From Escherichia coli (GTDB taxonomy: Bacteria; Pseudomonadota; Gammaproteobacteria; Enterobacterales; Enterobacteriaceae): DNA of 64,000 bases. The notes beneath the pieces were generated by a model, which worked only from the letters and a program-made list of their open reading frames with translations, was not told where the DNA came from and did no database searches. The number at the start of each line of letters is the position of its first letter. Within the stretch, counting starts at the first letter, position 1. The stretch is from the NCBI RefSeq assembly GCF_044647545.1, contig NZ_CP172818.1. The stretch is one strand, 5' to 3'. Made by a program: the position numbers and the translations under genes. This document shows positions 1-12,720 of the stretch, piece after piece.

Positions 1-157
1 TCCGCTGGCATCACTACTACCGTGCGATAACGTCTTTGCCATCGAAAGCCGCTGGTATCGCGACAACCCGCTGGTGATCCGCGGGCCAGGTGCAGGGCGC
101 GATGTCACCGCCGGGGCGATTCAGTCGGATATTAACCGTCTGGCGCAGTTGTTGTAA
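1..157 (+). CDS. metL: Bifunctional aspartokinase/homoserine dehydrogenase II, C-terminal fragment (window starts inside the gene)
   Basis: Frame beginning at nt 2 translates to ...AIQSDINRLAQLL then TAA at 155-157; position immediately upstream of metF matches metBL-metF synteny. Confidence 0.8.
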   Translation, partial: PLASLLPCDNVFAIESRWYRDNPLVIRGPGAGRDVTAGAIQSDINRLAQLL

Positions 158-178
158 TTTCAGTACTCTAAAATGCCC

Positions 179-227
<49 letters not shown>

Positions 228-390
228 GCATGTATTTGAACGGCGTTTAAAATGGTTTTAAATGAAACTATAATGCGGTAACGATAGGTATTGAAACGCG
301 TGATGAAATTAAATGCTACAACGTTATACGACGAACTCAAAGGCAAGGTGATTTGACTTCCTGATCACGAAGTGTTCCGGCCCGGCAGCC

Positions 391-928
391 AAAAGGGGGG
401 AAAAAGCGGCGCGGAAAAAAAAAAAGCGGGAGGGGAAAGGGGGGATAACCGGGGAGCAAAGGCGGCGAAAGCGAAAAACAAAACGCAAACCCACAAACGG
501 AGGGGGGCGAAAGGAGAACAAAAAGAAAAGGCGAAAGAAAAAAACGCAAAACCAACGCGACGAGGAAGGCCCAACCGGCAAAAAAAAAAGCAACGACGGA
601 AAAAAAAGTGAGAAGTGGCAACAAACGGCGCGCAACGCGAAAAAACGTCAGGAACGCCCCAGGAAGGGGTGAGCGGGGCGGGGGGGAAAAACCACCACGC
701 AACAGCGCGGGAGCCGGGGGGGAGAGGCGCCACACAAACGAAGAAGAAGGGAAAAAAAAAAGGAGGGGGGAGAAAGGAAAAGGGAAAAAAGAACGACACA
801 ACGGGGGCGGGGAAACAAGAACCAAAGAGCGCCAAAACAGGAAGGACACAAGGAAAGCGCGTAAACAAGGGCGGATACAAACAAACGGAAACCACAGAGA
901 ACAGACAAGGAGGAAAAAAAAACCAATA
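391..928. repeat. T-depleted purine-rich low-complexity tract (about 8 T in ~540 nt) with several G-run clusters
   Basis: Direct count on the + strand: whole 60-nt lines with zero T (481-600, 721-840); A roughly half, G about 30 percent, C under 20 percent. Minus strand is correspondingly A-free. Confidence 0.95.
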
Positions 929-1199
929 AAGTACGTGTTGAGTTGATTTTCATTTGTTTGTTACCCAGTTGATTTTGCATATCCAGTATTCGGCCTACGC
1001 GAGGGCGCAGGCCGAATCAGATGTCTTACAACAACAATCCGGTGCGACACGTTGTTTTTCGAAGAAGCCCAGGGTCCGTGTTCAGAATAACAGCAAAAAG
1101 GGGGAGGGGATGCGGCACAAAAAAAATCTTTTATCGCCTCTAATTAAGATGAAGTTTTTTCAACTTCCCTGATTTTTCCTCACCATCATTGGTCATTTT

Positions 1200-1262
1200 T
1201 CGGTTGACGCCCCTCGGCTTTTCCTTCATCTTTACATCTGGACGTCTAAATGGATAGATGTT
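1200..1262 (+). promoter_or_regulatory. metF promoter region with tandem MetJ-box-like octamers
   Basis: ttgacg at 1204-1209; tandem 8-mers acatctgg/acgtctaa/atggatag/atgttcac around 1230-1262 resemble the AGACGTCT met-box consensus, ~45 nt upstream of the metF ATG. Confidence 0.55.
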
Positions 1263-1301
1263 CACAACACAACATATAACTACAAGCGATTGATGAGGTA
1301 A

Positions 1302-2195
<894 letters not shown>

Positions 2196-2469
2196 ATAGT
2201 GTGGCTTTTGTGAAAATCACACAGTGATCACAAATTTTAAACAGAGCACAAAATGCTGCCTCGAAATGAGGGCGGGAAAATAAGGTTGTCAGCCTTGTTT
2301 TCTCCCTCATTACTTGACGGATATGAAGCTAAAACCCTTTTTTATAAAGCATTTGTCCGAATTCGGACATAATCAAAAAAGCTTAATTACGATCAATTTG
2401 ATCTACATCTCTTTAACCAACAATATGTAAGATCTCAACTATCGCATCCGTGGATTAATTCAATTATAA

Positions 2470-4704
<2,235 letters not shown>

Positions 4705-4713
4705 TCTGACCTT

Positions 4714-4753
4714 CTTCAGCGACTGCCTTTCAGGCAGTCGCTGAAGTTTCTTT
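4714..4753 (+). terminator. Intrinsic terminator downstream of katG
   Basis: Perfect hairpin cttcagcgactgcc/ggcagtcgctgaag followed by tttcttt. Confidence 0.7.
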
Positions 4754-4797
4754 ACCGGCGTATAGTGTCCACAGGAAAACTACACACTGGATCTCTC

Positions 4798-5703
4798 ATG
4801 TCTGCCGCAGGAAAGAGCAACCCACTGGCAATCAGTGGCCTGGTTGTGCTCACACTTATCTGGAGTTATAGCTGGATTTTCATGAAGCAAGTCACCAGCT
4901 ACATCGGTGCCTTCGACTTTACCGCCTTACGCTGCATTTTCGGCGCTCTCGTTTTATTCATCGTCCTTTTATTACGTGGTCGCGGAATGCGCCCGACACC
5001 GTTTAAATACACCTTAGCCATTGCCCTGTTACAAACCTGCGGGATGGTCGGCCTGGCGCAGTGGGCGCTGGTCAGCGGAGGAGCGGGGAAGGTGGCAATC
5101 CTGAGCTATACCATGCCGTTCTGGGTGGTGATTTTCGCCGCGTTGTTTCTCGGTGAACGCCTGCGACGTGGGCAATATTTCGCGATTCTGATTGCCGCTT
5201 TCGGCTTATTTTTGGTGTTGCAGCCGTGGCAACTCGATTTCTCTTCGATGAAAAGCGCCATGCTGGCAATCCTCTCCGGTGTGAGTTGGGGGGCGAGCGC
5301 GATTGTTGCTAAACGTCTGTATGCCCGCCATCCGCGCGTGGATTTATTGTCGCTAACATCCTGGCAGATGCTGTATGCGGCGCTGGTGATGAGCGTGGTC
5401 GCTTTACTGGTGCCGCAACGTGAAATTGACTGGCAACCCACCGTGTTCTGGGCGCTGGCCTACAGTGCGATTCTGGCGACAGCGCTGGCGTGGAGCTTAT
5501 GGTTGTTTGTATTGAAAAACTTGCCTGCCAGTATTGCCAGCTTAAGCACACTGGCCGTTCCCGTTTGCGGCGTACTCTTTTCCTGGTGGCTGCTCGGTGA
5601 GAATCCGGGGGCCGTTGAAGGTAGCGGTATTGTGCTGATTGTGCTGGCACTGGCGCTGGTGAGCCGTAAGAAAAAAGAAGCTGTCAGTGTAAAAAACATC
5701 TGA
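4798..5703 (+). CDS. yijE: EamA/DMT-family inner membrane transporter
   Basis: 301 aa from internal Met ([15 protein letters not shown]...); multi-pass hydrophobic profile; synteny after katG. Confidence 0.85.
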   Translation: MSAAGKSNPLAISGLVVLTLIWSYSWIFMKQVTSYIGAFDFTALRCIFGALVLFIVLLLRGRGMRPTPFKYTLAIALLQTCGMVGLAQWALVSGGAGKVAILSYTMPFWVVIFAALFLGERLRRGQYFAILIAAFGLFLVLQPWQLDFSSMKSAMLAILSGVSWGASAIVAKRLYARHPRVDLLSLTSWQMLYAALVMSVVALLVPQREIDWQPTVFWALAYSAILATALAWSLWLFVLKNLPASIASLSTLAVPVCGVLFSWWLLGENPGAVEGSGIVLIVLALALVSRKKKEAVSVKNI

Positions 5704-5729
5704 ATTTTTTCTTCATGTGGGGCGATCGC

Positions 5730-6347
5730 TTATTTAACAAAATACCGATAGTGCCCCACCATCCGCCAGCTAAACAGCACGTCTTCTTCCTGCGCGCCTG
5801 CGCCAATGTTATGTATCACCAGCGGCGTACCGTCGCGGGCGAAGCCATCTGACACCACCCCAATATGTGCCAGCCCGTTATCTAATCGCCAGGAGACAAT
5901 ATCGCCCGATTGATAGTCACTGGGGTTCTTGCTGGTGGGGCGTGTTTTATCGTGGCGGGTAAACCAGGTTTCCAGATTAGGCACCCGACGGTGATCGATG
6001 TTGCTGTCCGGGCGCTTTAACTGCCATTTTTGCGGGTACGCAGCAAAATTCTTCGCCATATCTTCGTGCACCAGTTTCTGCAAATCGACCTTCTGGCTGC
6101 GCAATGCACGGATCACCACATCGGAACATACGCCGCGTTCTTGCGGGACATCACCGCCAGGATAGGTAAGCTGCACATACGCCGGATCGTAAAATAGCGT
6201 GCTGCCGATTTGCTGTCTGGCACCGTCTGCGATGGCAAGGTTGGTGTTGGCCTGGATCTGTACCACGGTTGGTGGAACGGCGGGAGATTTTAAGGAGTGG
6301 CTGGTAAATGCCGTTAGCAGGCTGACCAGCACCAGTGAAGCTTTCAT
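5730..6347 (-). CDS. yijF: Conserved periplasmic protein of unknown function (DUF1287 family)
   Basis: 205-aa ORF with N-terminal signal-peptide-like segment (MKASLVLVSLLTAFTSHS); synteny. Confidence 0.85.
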   Translation of the reverse strand: MKASLVLVSLLTAFTSHSLKSPAVPPTVVQIQANTNLAIADGARQQIGSTLFYDPAYVQLTYPGGDVPQERGVCSDVVIRALRSQKVDLQKLVHEDMAKNFAAYPQKWQLKRPDSNIDHRRVPNLETWFTRHDKTRPTSKNPSDYQSGDIVSWRLDNGLAHIGVVSDGFARDGTPLVIHNIGAGAQEEDVLFSWRMVGHYRYFVK

Positions 6348-6492
6348 CTGGTTCGTCCGTGAAAATAAGAGTCACAGATTCGACCTTCCGGGCTAACGAT
6401 TGTTCTGTAGAGAAAATGTCCAGAAGCGGATAAAAAATTCCTGAACAACGTGGGAGTTTCAGACATAACTATAAAAATCTCAACACCCCTTT

Positions 6493-6585
6493 GGGAGAGA
6501 GTCAGGGTGAGGAGGAACAGGCCAGCTCCGGGGCGAATAATCACCCTCACCCCGACCCTCTCCCTGAAAGGGCGAGGGGGAAAAA
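6493..6585. repeat. Intergenic palindromic repeat unit (long imperfect inverted repeat)
   Basis: gggagagagtcagggtgagg ... cctcaccccgaccctctccc forms a ~20-bp-arm inverted repeat; resembles a recurring enterobacterial intergenic palindrome family. Confidence 0.5.
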
Positions 6586-6657
6586 CATGCCCGCAGTGAC
6601 GAGTGAGCCACTTTGCCTGATCTCAAACTCCCGGACAAGCCGGGAGTTTGGAGTAGG

Positions 6658-7761
6658 TTATTCCCATTCTTGCAGGAAACGCTGGCCATACTGGTCGGCT
6701 ACCAGCAGTGCGGCGTAAACCTGATCTGGCGTTGCACCGCCTGGCATGTTGTGAATGGTTTCACCTTCTGCACATGCCGCTTCTGCCACAATTCGCATTT
6801 TCGCCGGGACATCTTCTTTAATATCCAGTTGAGCGAGCGTTATTGGCAAACCTACCGCATGGCTAAGCGCAGCTACGGTTTCGATTTCCTCCACCGGCGC
6901 GTTTTCCAGAACCAGCTGCGTCAGCGTACCGAATGCCACTTTTTCACCATGATAATAGTGATGCGCGTCCGGGATAGCGGTCAGGCCGTTATGTACCGCG
7001 TGTGCCGCCGCCAGCCCGCCGCTTTCAAAACCAACACCGCTCAAATAGGTGTTCGCTTCAATCACGCGTTCCAGCGCCGGAGTCACTACATGCTGTTCGG
7101 CGGCAAGCATCGCTTTTTCGCCTTCTTCCAGCAGAGTGTTGTAGCACAGTTCTGCCAGTGCCAGCGCCGCCTGGGTGCACTTGCCGCCCGCCATGGTGGT
7201 CGCGCCGCTACGAGAGCAAGCACGCGCTTCAAACCAGGTTGCCAGCGCATCGCCGATACCCGCCGCTAACAGACGTGCAGGTGCGCCAGCGACGATTTTG
7301 GTGTCGACAATGACCATATTCGGGTTATTTGGCAACAGCAGATAGCGGTCAAACTCACCCTCATCGGTGTAGATAACAGACAATGCGCTGCATGGTGCAT
7401 CGGTAGAGGCGATAGTCGGTGCGATCGCTACCGGAACACCCATGAAATGTGCCAGTGCTTTGGCAGTATCGAGGGTTTTTCCGCCACCGATACCGAGAAT
7501 TGCGCCACACTGCGCAGTCTCCGCGATGCCACGCAGACGGTCGATCTCATTTTGCGAACATTCACCGCCAAACGGCGCAATTTCTACTACCAGTCCAGCA
7601 TCTTTAAAACTTTTCTCGACAGTGGATTGAGCAAAACCTAAAACAAATTTGTCACCCACCACTAACCAGCGTTCTGCCAGCGGCTTCAGGTATTCGCCCA
7701 GACGATTAATCACATCAGCGCCCTGGATGTATTTACCCGGTGATTGAATAATGCGGTCCAT
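6658..7761 (-). CDS. gldA: Glycerol dehydrogenase
   Basis: 367 aa from internal Met ([17 protein letters not shown]...); iron-containing alcohol dehydrogenase family. Confidence 0.95.
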
Positions 7762-7771
7762 AATTGCTCCT

Positions 7772-8434
7772 TTAGAGATGAGTAGTGCCAAATGCGGCAT
7801 TCCAGTCGTTTTCGAACTTCTCTATAGCTGACTCTACCGCAGGGGTGTTGAGCATTTGTTGCGCTACATCTAAGGGCAGGGTGATGGATTCACATCCTGC
7901 CAGTAAACAGTCCAGCGCCTGACGCGGCGTTTTAAAGCTGGCTGCCAGCACCATGCTTTCTGGCGCGTGCATTTCCAACAGCGCTTGCAGCTCCTGAACC
8001 GTACGAATGCCGTCCCCGCCCTGGGCGTCGACGCGGTTAACATACGGAGCAACATATTTTGCCCCTGCCAGCGCGGCTAATAACCCTTGTGCGGCGCTAT
8101 ATACAGCGGTGCCAAGTGTAGTAATACCCTCTTTTTTCAGCATTTTAATGGCGGCAAGACCTTCGGAAGTTACCGGGATTTTCACCACAATGCCCGGAAT
8201 GGCGTCGCGCAGGCGCTTCGCTTCTTCCACCATACCCTGCGCGTCACGACTCATGGTCTGAGCAAACAAAATACCCTCATCACCAATCGCTTTTTGCAAA
8301 CGCGGCAGCACTTCCCAGATGGACTCCTTGCTGGCCGCGATAATGCTCGGGTTAGTTGTCACCCCGGCAATCGGGAATATGCGTGCCAGACGTTCGACTT
8401 CTGCGACGTTAGCGGTGTCCAGATACAGTTCCAT
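7772..8434 (-). CDS. fsaB: Fructose-6-phosphate aldolase 2
   Basis: 220-aa [33 protein letters not shown]..., transaldolase-like fold. Confidence 0.9.
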
Positions 8435-8445
8435 GATGTTTCCTT

Positions 8446-10947
8446 TTACAGTTCCAGTTCATGTTGCAGCAGGCTGGCGATAGCGTCGGCAGAGGCGGCG
8501 TTAACCAGCGCGTTACGGAATTCTTCGTGCATGATGCGACGAGCGAGGCGCGAGAAAATGCGCATGTGCTGATCGCCCGCAGCGTGTTTGTTCAGGGTTA
8601 ACATAATGATGAATTGCGCTTCATCATCGCCCCAGCGCACCGGCGCTGCCAGACGCGCCACGCTGATGGTGGATTGCTCAATGTGTTCTGATTTGCTGTG
8701 GGGAATGGCAAAACTAAAGCCCAGACCGGTAGAGAAAACGGCCTCGCGCGCCCACAAGTCGGCTTCCAGTTTACGCGGATAGCGACAGCGGCCCGCCAGC
8801 AGCAGGTTATCGGTCATGCCTTTGAGCACTTCTTCTTTGCTGCGCCAGTCGCTTTCCAGTGTGATGCACTCGGCGGTGACCAGCGGGGCGTCCTGTTGGG
8901 TCATGCGGAATTGCGCCAGCAGGTGTTCCACTTCTAGCGAAGTACGGCAGGCCATTGCCTGGTTGAGCAACTGGCGGCACTCACGGCTATCAAGTTGCGC
9001 CATTCGCGCTTTCGCCGCCGGAATTGACGGTGCGCTCATGCTCAGCTCATCCAGCCCTAAACCGACCAGCAATGGCAGCACGGAACCTTTCGCTCCCAGT
9101 TCACCGCACAGACCAATCCATTTGCCCTGGCGATGCACCGCCTGCACGGCGTAATCGAGCGCCCGCAAGAATGCTGGATTCAGGCTGTTATAGTGACGAG
9201 TAACCTTAGCGTTATCGCGATCCACTGCTAGCAGATATTGCGTCAGGTCATTACTACCGATACTAAAGAAATCAATCTCTTCGCAGCATTGATCGATGAT
9301 GAACATCACCGACGGCACTTCCAGCATGATGCCGAGCTGGATCTTCTCATCAAACGGAATGTGTTCGTTACGCAGTTGCTGTTTGGCTTCCGCCAGTTTT
9401 TCTTTTACCCATAAGATCTCTTCCATTGAAGAGATCATCGGGATCATAATTTTCAGGCTGCCGTGAGCGGAGGCACGGAGAATCGACCGTAGTTGTGTGG
9501 TAAATAACGACGCGTACTCTTCATAAATACGCACGGCGCGATAACCGAGGAACGGGTTTGCCTCTGCGGGAATGTTCAGATAATCAACGGGTTTGTCACC
9601 GCCAATATCCATAGTGCGCACAATAATGCTGCGTCCGTTGGCGGACTCCAGCGCCTGACAAAAAATGTTGTACAGCTCGCTTTCGCCCGGTGCACTGGTG
9701 CGATCCATATAGAGCATTTCAGTGCGGAATAAACCAACGCCTTCCGCACCATTGCCGAATGCGGCCTGCGCTTCCACGGAGTGAGCGATGTTAGCAGCAA
9801 TTTCAATGCGGATACCGTCAGCAGTACGGGCTTGTTGGGTCAGCCAGACACGCTGTTGCTCACGCAGAGCGTCCTGTACGCGGGCTTCTTGCTGATAATA
9901 ACGGGCCACGGATTCCCCTGGCTCAACCACAATCGCCCCTGCGTTGCCGTCGATATAAATCGTTTGATGCTGCCACGGAGTGAGGGCATCAATATCCACA
10001 CCAACCAGCGTCGGAATGTTGAACGAACGGGCAAGGATCACCGTATGTGAGGTGGTGCCGCCGCTTTTGAGCAACAATCCTTTGAGGTGATTTTTATCCA
10101 GTTCGAGGAACTGGCTGGGGGTCAGTTCATCAGCCATACAAATGGCGGGCTGCGTCAGTTTGCCCGGTGCCGGGAAGCGTTGCTCACCGTAGATTTGCTG
10201 GAGTAACTGGAAGCAGACGTCGCGTACGTCCAGGGCACGTTCTTGCAGGTAGCTGCTGCTGGAACGGGCGAACTCTTCGCAGAAGTGGTGTGCACTGGCA
10301 ACAATCGCTTCGGCACAGCTTAATCCGGCGCTGACACCTGCCAGTAAATGTTCGCGCAGGGAAGTATCGCCAGCCAGGGATCGGTGCGCTTCCAGAATCG
10401 CGCTGGTAGCACCGTCGCTATCCAGCAGACGAAACTCTATGTTTTTCAGTACCAGCGTCAGACCGTTTTCCAGTGCGGATTGTTCGGCGTCAACGCCTTT
10501 GGCTGCGGGAAGATTACCCAGCGCATTGAGATCTAAAGAAGAGATCGGCGTCAGAATGCCGCCTGCGCTACCGCTGCACACGGTGCGGGCACGGATAATT
10601 TGCGGATTCAGATTGGTCAGTGAAACCGGCAGTGGTTCCAGTTCGTCAGATTTTACTTCCGCCAGCGGTGCGTCGCAGTGGGGGAATTCATCGCGCAGCC
10701 ATTGGCTTAAACGCTGGTGCGCTTCCTGTTCGTCGGCCCCGGAAATCAGTAACTGGCAGTTATCGCCCACCAGCGTATCGGTGCCAATCAGCGCAAGGGC
10801 GCTTTTGGCGTTGCCCTTGCGGTCAGTGCGCAGGTTATGCCACTCAATTTGTGATGAAAAAGTATTACACAGCGTTTCAACGTGGCTTGCCGGACGCGCA
10901 TGGACGCCGTTAGGTAGCTCACAAATAAATTCCACAATCAGGGCCAT
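8446..10947 (-). CDS. ptsA: Multidomain PTS protein of the fructose-like frw system (EI / HPr / EIIA domains)
   Basis: 833-aa ORF; PEP-utilising enzyme signatures; synteny with frwC/frwB. Confidence 0.9.
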   Translation of the reverse strand: MALIVEFICELPNGVHARPASHVETLCNTFSSQIEWHNLRTDRKGNAKSALALIGTDTLVGDNCQLLISGADEQEAHQRLSQWLRDEFPHCDAPLAEVKSDELEPLPVSLTNLNPQIIRARTVCSGSAGGILTPISSLDLNALGNLPAAKGVDAEQSALENGLTLVLKNIEFRLLDSDGATSAILEAHRSLAGDTSLREHLLAGVSAGLSCAEAIVASAHHFCEEFARSSSSYLQERALDVRDVCFQLLQQIYGEQRFPAPGKLTQPAICMADELTPSQFLELDKNHLKGLLLKSGGTTSHTVILARSFNIPTLVGVDIDALTPWQHQTIYIDGNAGAIVVEPGESVARYYQQEARVQDALREQQRVWLTQQARTADGIRIEIAANIAHSVEAQAAFGNGAEGVGLFRTEMLYMDRTSAPGESELYNIFCQALESANGRSIIVRTMDIGGDKPVDYLNIPAEANPFLGYRAVRIYEEYASLFTTQLRSILRASAHGSLKIMIPMISSMEEILWVKEKLAEAKQQLRNEHIPFDEKIQLGIMLEVPSVMFIIDQCCEEIDFFSIGSNDLTQYLLAVDRDNAKVTRHYNSLNPAFLRALDYAVQAVHRQGKWIGLCGELGAKGSVLPLLVGLGLDELSMSAPSIPAAKARMAQLDSRECRQLLNQAMACRTSLEVEHLLAQFRMTQQDAPLVTAECITLESDWRSKEEVLKGMTDNLLLAGRCRYPRKLEADLWAREAVFSTGLGFSFAIPHSKSEHIEQSTISVARLAAPVRWGDDEAQFIIMLTLNKHAAGDQHMRIFSRLARRIMHEEFRNALVNAASADAIASLLQHELEL

Positions 10948-11255
10948 TGCCTTTCTCCCGGTACGGTTTTCTGTTTACAGGATAAGAGCGCACGGCAACG
11001 GCCTACCATGTGACAAATCTGCCAAAAGCTGGACAAATGTAATGTAACCGTCAATTTGCGACGCGTCTCACAAGACGCCGTTTTGCGGTGTACTTCCGGA
11101 TTATCGCAAGTTATGAGGCGGATCGCATTTTTGTACTGATATTACAAAAGTCCAGTAAATGGCCTTTTTATCCACTGTTTGCTCCGCCTGCGATTGCCTA
11201 TTGTTTCTTCCATCAAAAATATGGACATGGGCTTTCGCAAGCCCGGGAGCAGCTT

Positions 11256-12335
11256 ATGAATGAGTTGGTGCAGATCCTGAAAAATACTCGTCAGCATTTA
11301 ATGACGGGCGTTTCACACATGATTCCCTTCGTGGTATCGGGCGGTATTTTGCTGGCGGTTTCCGTCATGTTGTATGGCAAAGGCGCAGTGCCGGATGCCG
11401 TCGCCGATCCGAATCTGAAAAAACTGTTTGATATCGGCGTTGCAGGTTTGACGCTGATGGTGCCTTTCCTCGCCGCTTACATCGGTTATTCCATTGCAGA
11501 GCGTTCTGCGCTGGCTCCGTGCGCTATCGGTGCCTGGGTTGGTAACAGCTTTGGTGCGGGCTTCTTTGGTGCACTGATCGCCGGGATTATCGGCGGCATC
11601 GTGGTGCATTACCTGAAGAAAATTCCGGTGCATAAAGTTCTGCGCTCGGTGATGCCCATCTTCATCATTCCGATCGTCGGCACACTGATTACCGCAGGCA
11701 TCATGATGTGGGGTCTGGGCGAGCCTGTAGGGGCGTTGACCAACAGCCTGACTCAGTGGCTTCAGGGGATGCAGCAGGGCAGCATTGTTATGCTGGCGGT
11801 GATCATGGGTCTGATGCTGGCGTTCGATATGGGTGGTCCGGTTAACAAAGTGGCCTATGCCTTCATGCTGATTTGCGTTGCTCAGGGTGTATATACCGTG
11901 GTGGCCATTGCTGCCGTGGGTATTTGTATCCCGCCGCTGGGGATGGGGTTGGCGACGCTGATTGGTCGTAAAAATTTCTCCGCAGAAGAGCGCGAAACCG
12001 GCAAAGCGGCGCTGGTGATGGGGTGCGTTGGGGTTACTGAAGGGGCGATTCCTTTCGCCGCTGCCGATCCGTTACGTGTCATTCCTTCCATCATGGTCGG
12101 TTCTGTTTGTGGTGCGGTAACTGCGGCACTGGTCGGTGCACAGTGCTATGCAGGCTGGGGTGGTCTGATTGTGCTGCCGGTGGTTGAAGGCAAGCTGGGT
12201 TATATCGCAGCAGTGGCTGTCGGAGCAGTGGTGACGGCTGTTTGTGTGAACGTGCTGAAAAGTCTGGCGCGTAAAAATGGGTCTTCGACTGATGAAAAAG
12301 AAGACGACCTGGATTTGGATTTTGAAATTAATTAA
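11256..12335 (+). CDS. frwC: Fructose-like PTS permease EIIC component
   Basis: 359 aa from internal Met (MNELVQILKNTRQHL...); polytopic membrane protein. ORF-track start 11088 rejected. Confidence 0.9.
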   Translation: MNELVQILKNTRQHLMTGVSHMIPFVVSGGILLAVSVMLYGKGAVPDAVADPNLKKLFDIGVAGLTLMVPFLAAYIGYSIAERSALAPCAIGAWVGNSFGAGFFGALIAGIIGGIVVHYLKKIPVHKVLRSVMPIFIIPIVGTLITAGIMMWGLGEPVGALTNSLTQWLQGMQQGSIVMLAVIMGLMLAFDMGGPVNKVAYAFMLICVAQGVYTVVAIAAVGICIPPLGMGLATLIGRKNFSAEERETGKAALVMGCVGVTEGAIPFAAADPLRVIPSIMVGSVCGAVTAALVGAQCYAGWGGLIVLPVVEGKLGYIAAVAVGAVVTAVCVNVLKSLARKNGSSTDEKEDDLDLDFEIN

Positions 12336-12349
12336 TTGAGGAACGAGCC

Positions 12350-12670
12350 ATGACGAAAATTATTGCAGTAACCGCGTGTCCATCTGGTGTTGCCCATACC
12401 TATATGGCGGCAGAGGCGCTGGAAAGTGCCGCGAAAGCGAAAGGCTGGGAAGTGAAAGTAGAAACCCAGGGCTCGATTGGTCTGGAAAATGAACTGACTG
12501 CGGAAGACGTGGCGAGCGCCGATATGGTGATTCTGACCAAAGATATCGGCATCAAGTTTGAAGAGCGTTTTGCTGGCAAGACCATCGTGCGCGTCAACAT
12601 CAGCGACGCGGTAAAACGCGCTGATGCCATTATGAGCAAAATTGAAGCTCACCTGGCACAAACCGCTTAA
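12350..12670 (+). CDS. frwB: Fructose-like PTS EIIB component
   Basis: 106 aa, MTKIIAVTACPSGVAHTYMAAEALE..., conserved Cys in the CPSGVAHT motif. Confidence 0.9.
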   Translation: MTKIIAVTACPSGVAHTYMAAEALESAAKAKGWEVKVETQGSIGLENELTAEDVASADMVILTKDIGIKFEERFAGKTIVRVNISDAVKRADAIMSKIEAHLAQTA

Positions 12671-12720
12671 GTTCTTATCCCGCCCGTAAGGGCGGGTTCG
12701 CTTTCCCACAGGAGTTCCTC

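Noticed and set aside
324-980. Seven overlapping ORFs (79-176 aa) in the ORF track over the T-free tract, translating to K/R/G/E-rich (+ strand) or F/P/L/S-rich (- strand) low-complexity polypeptides
   Set aside because: All stop codons contain T (A on the reverse strand), so a T-depleted tract is stop-free in all six frames by composition. There is no RBS, the frames overlap one another, and the products are pure low-complexity. Not genes.
954-1172. 72-aa ORF in the metF upstream region
   Set aside because: It lies in the promoter/leader region with no RBS and no known homolog; most likely a chance ORF.
6624-6650. Hairpin caaactcccggacaagccgggagtttg just downstream of gldA as an intrinsic terminator
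   Set aside because: Good stem, but no U-run follows on the minus-strand transcript, so I did not call it a terminator; it may be an RNA-stabilising stem-loop.
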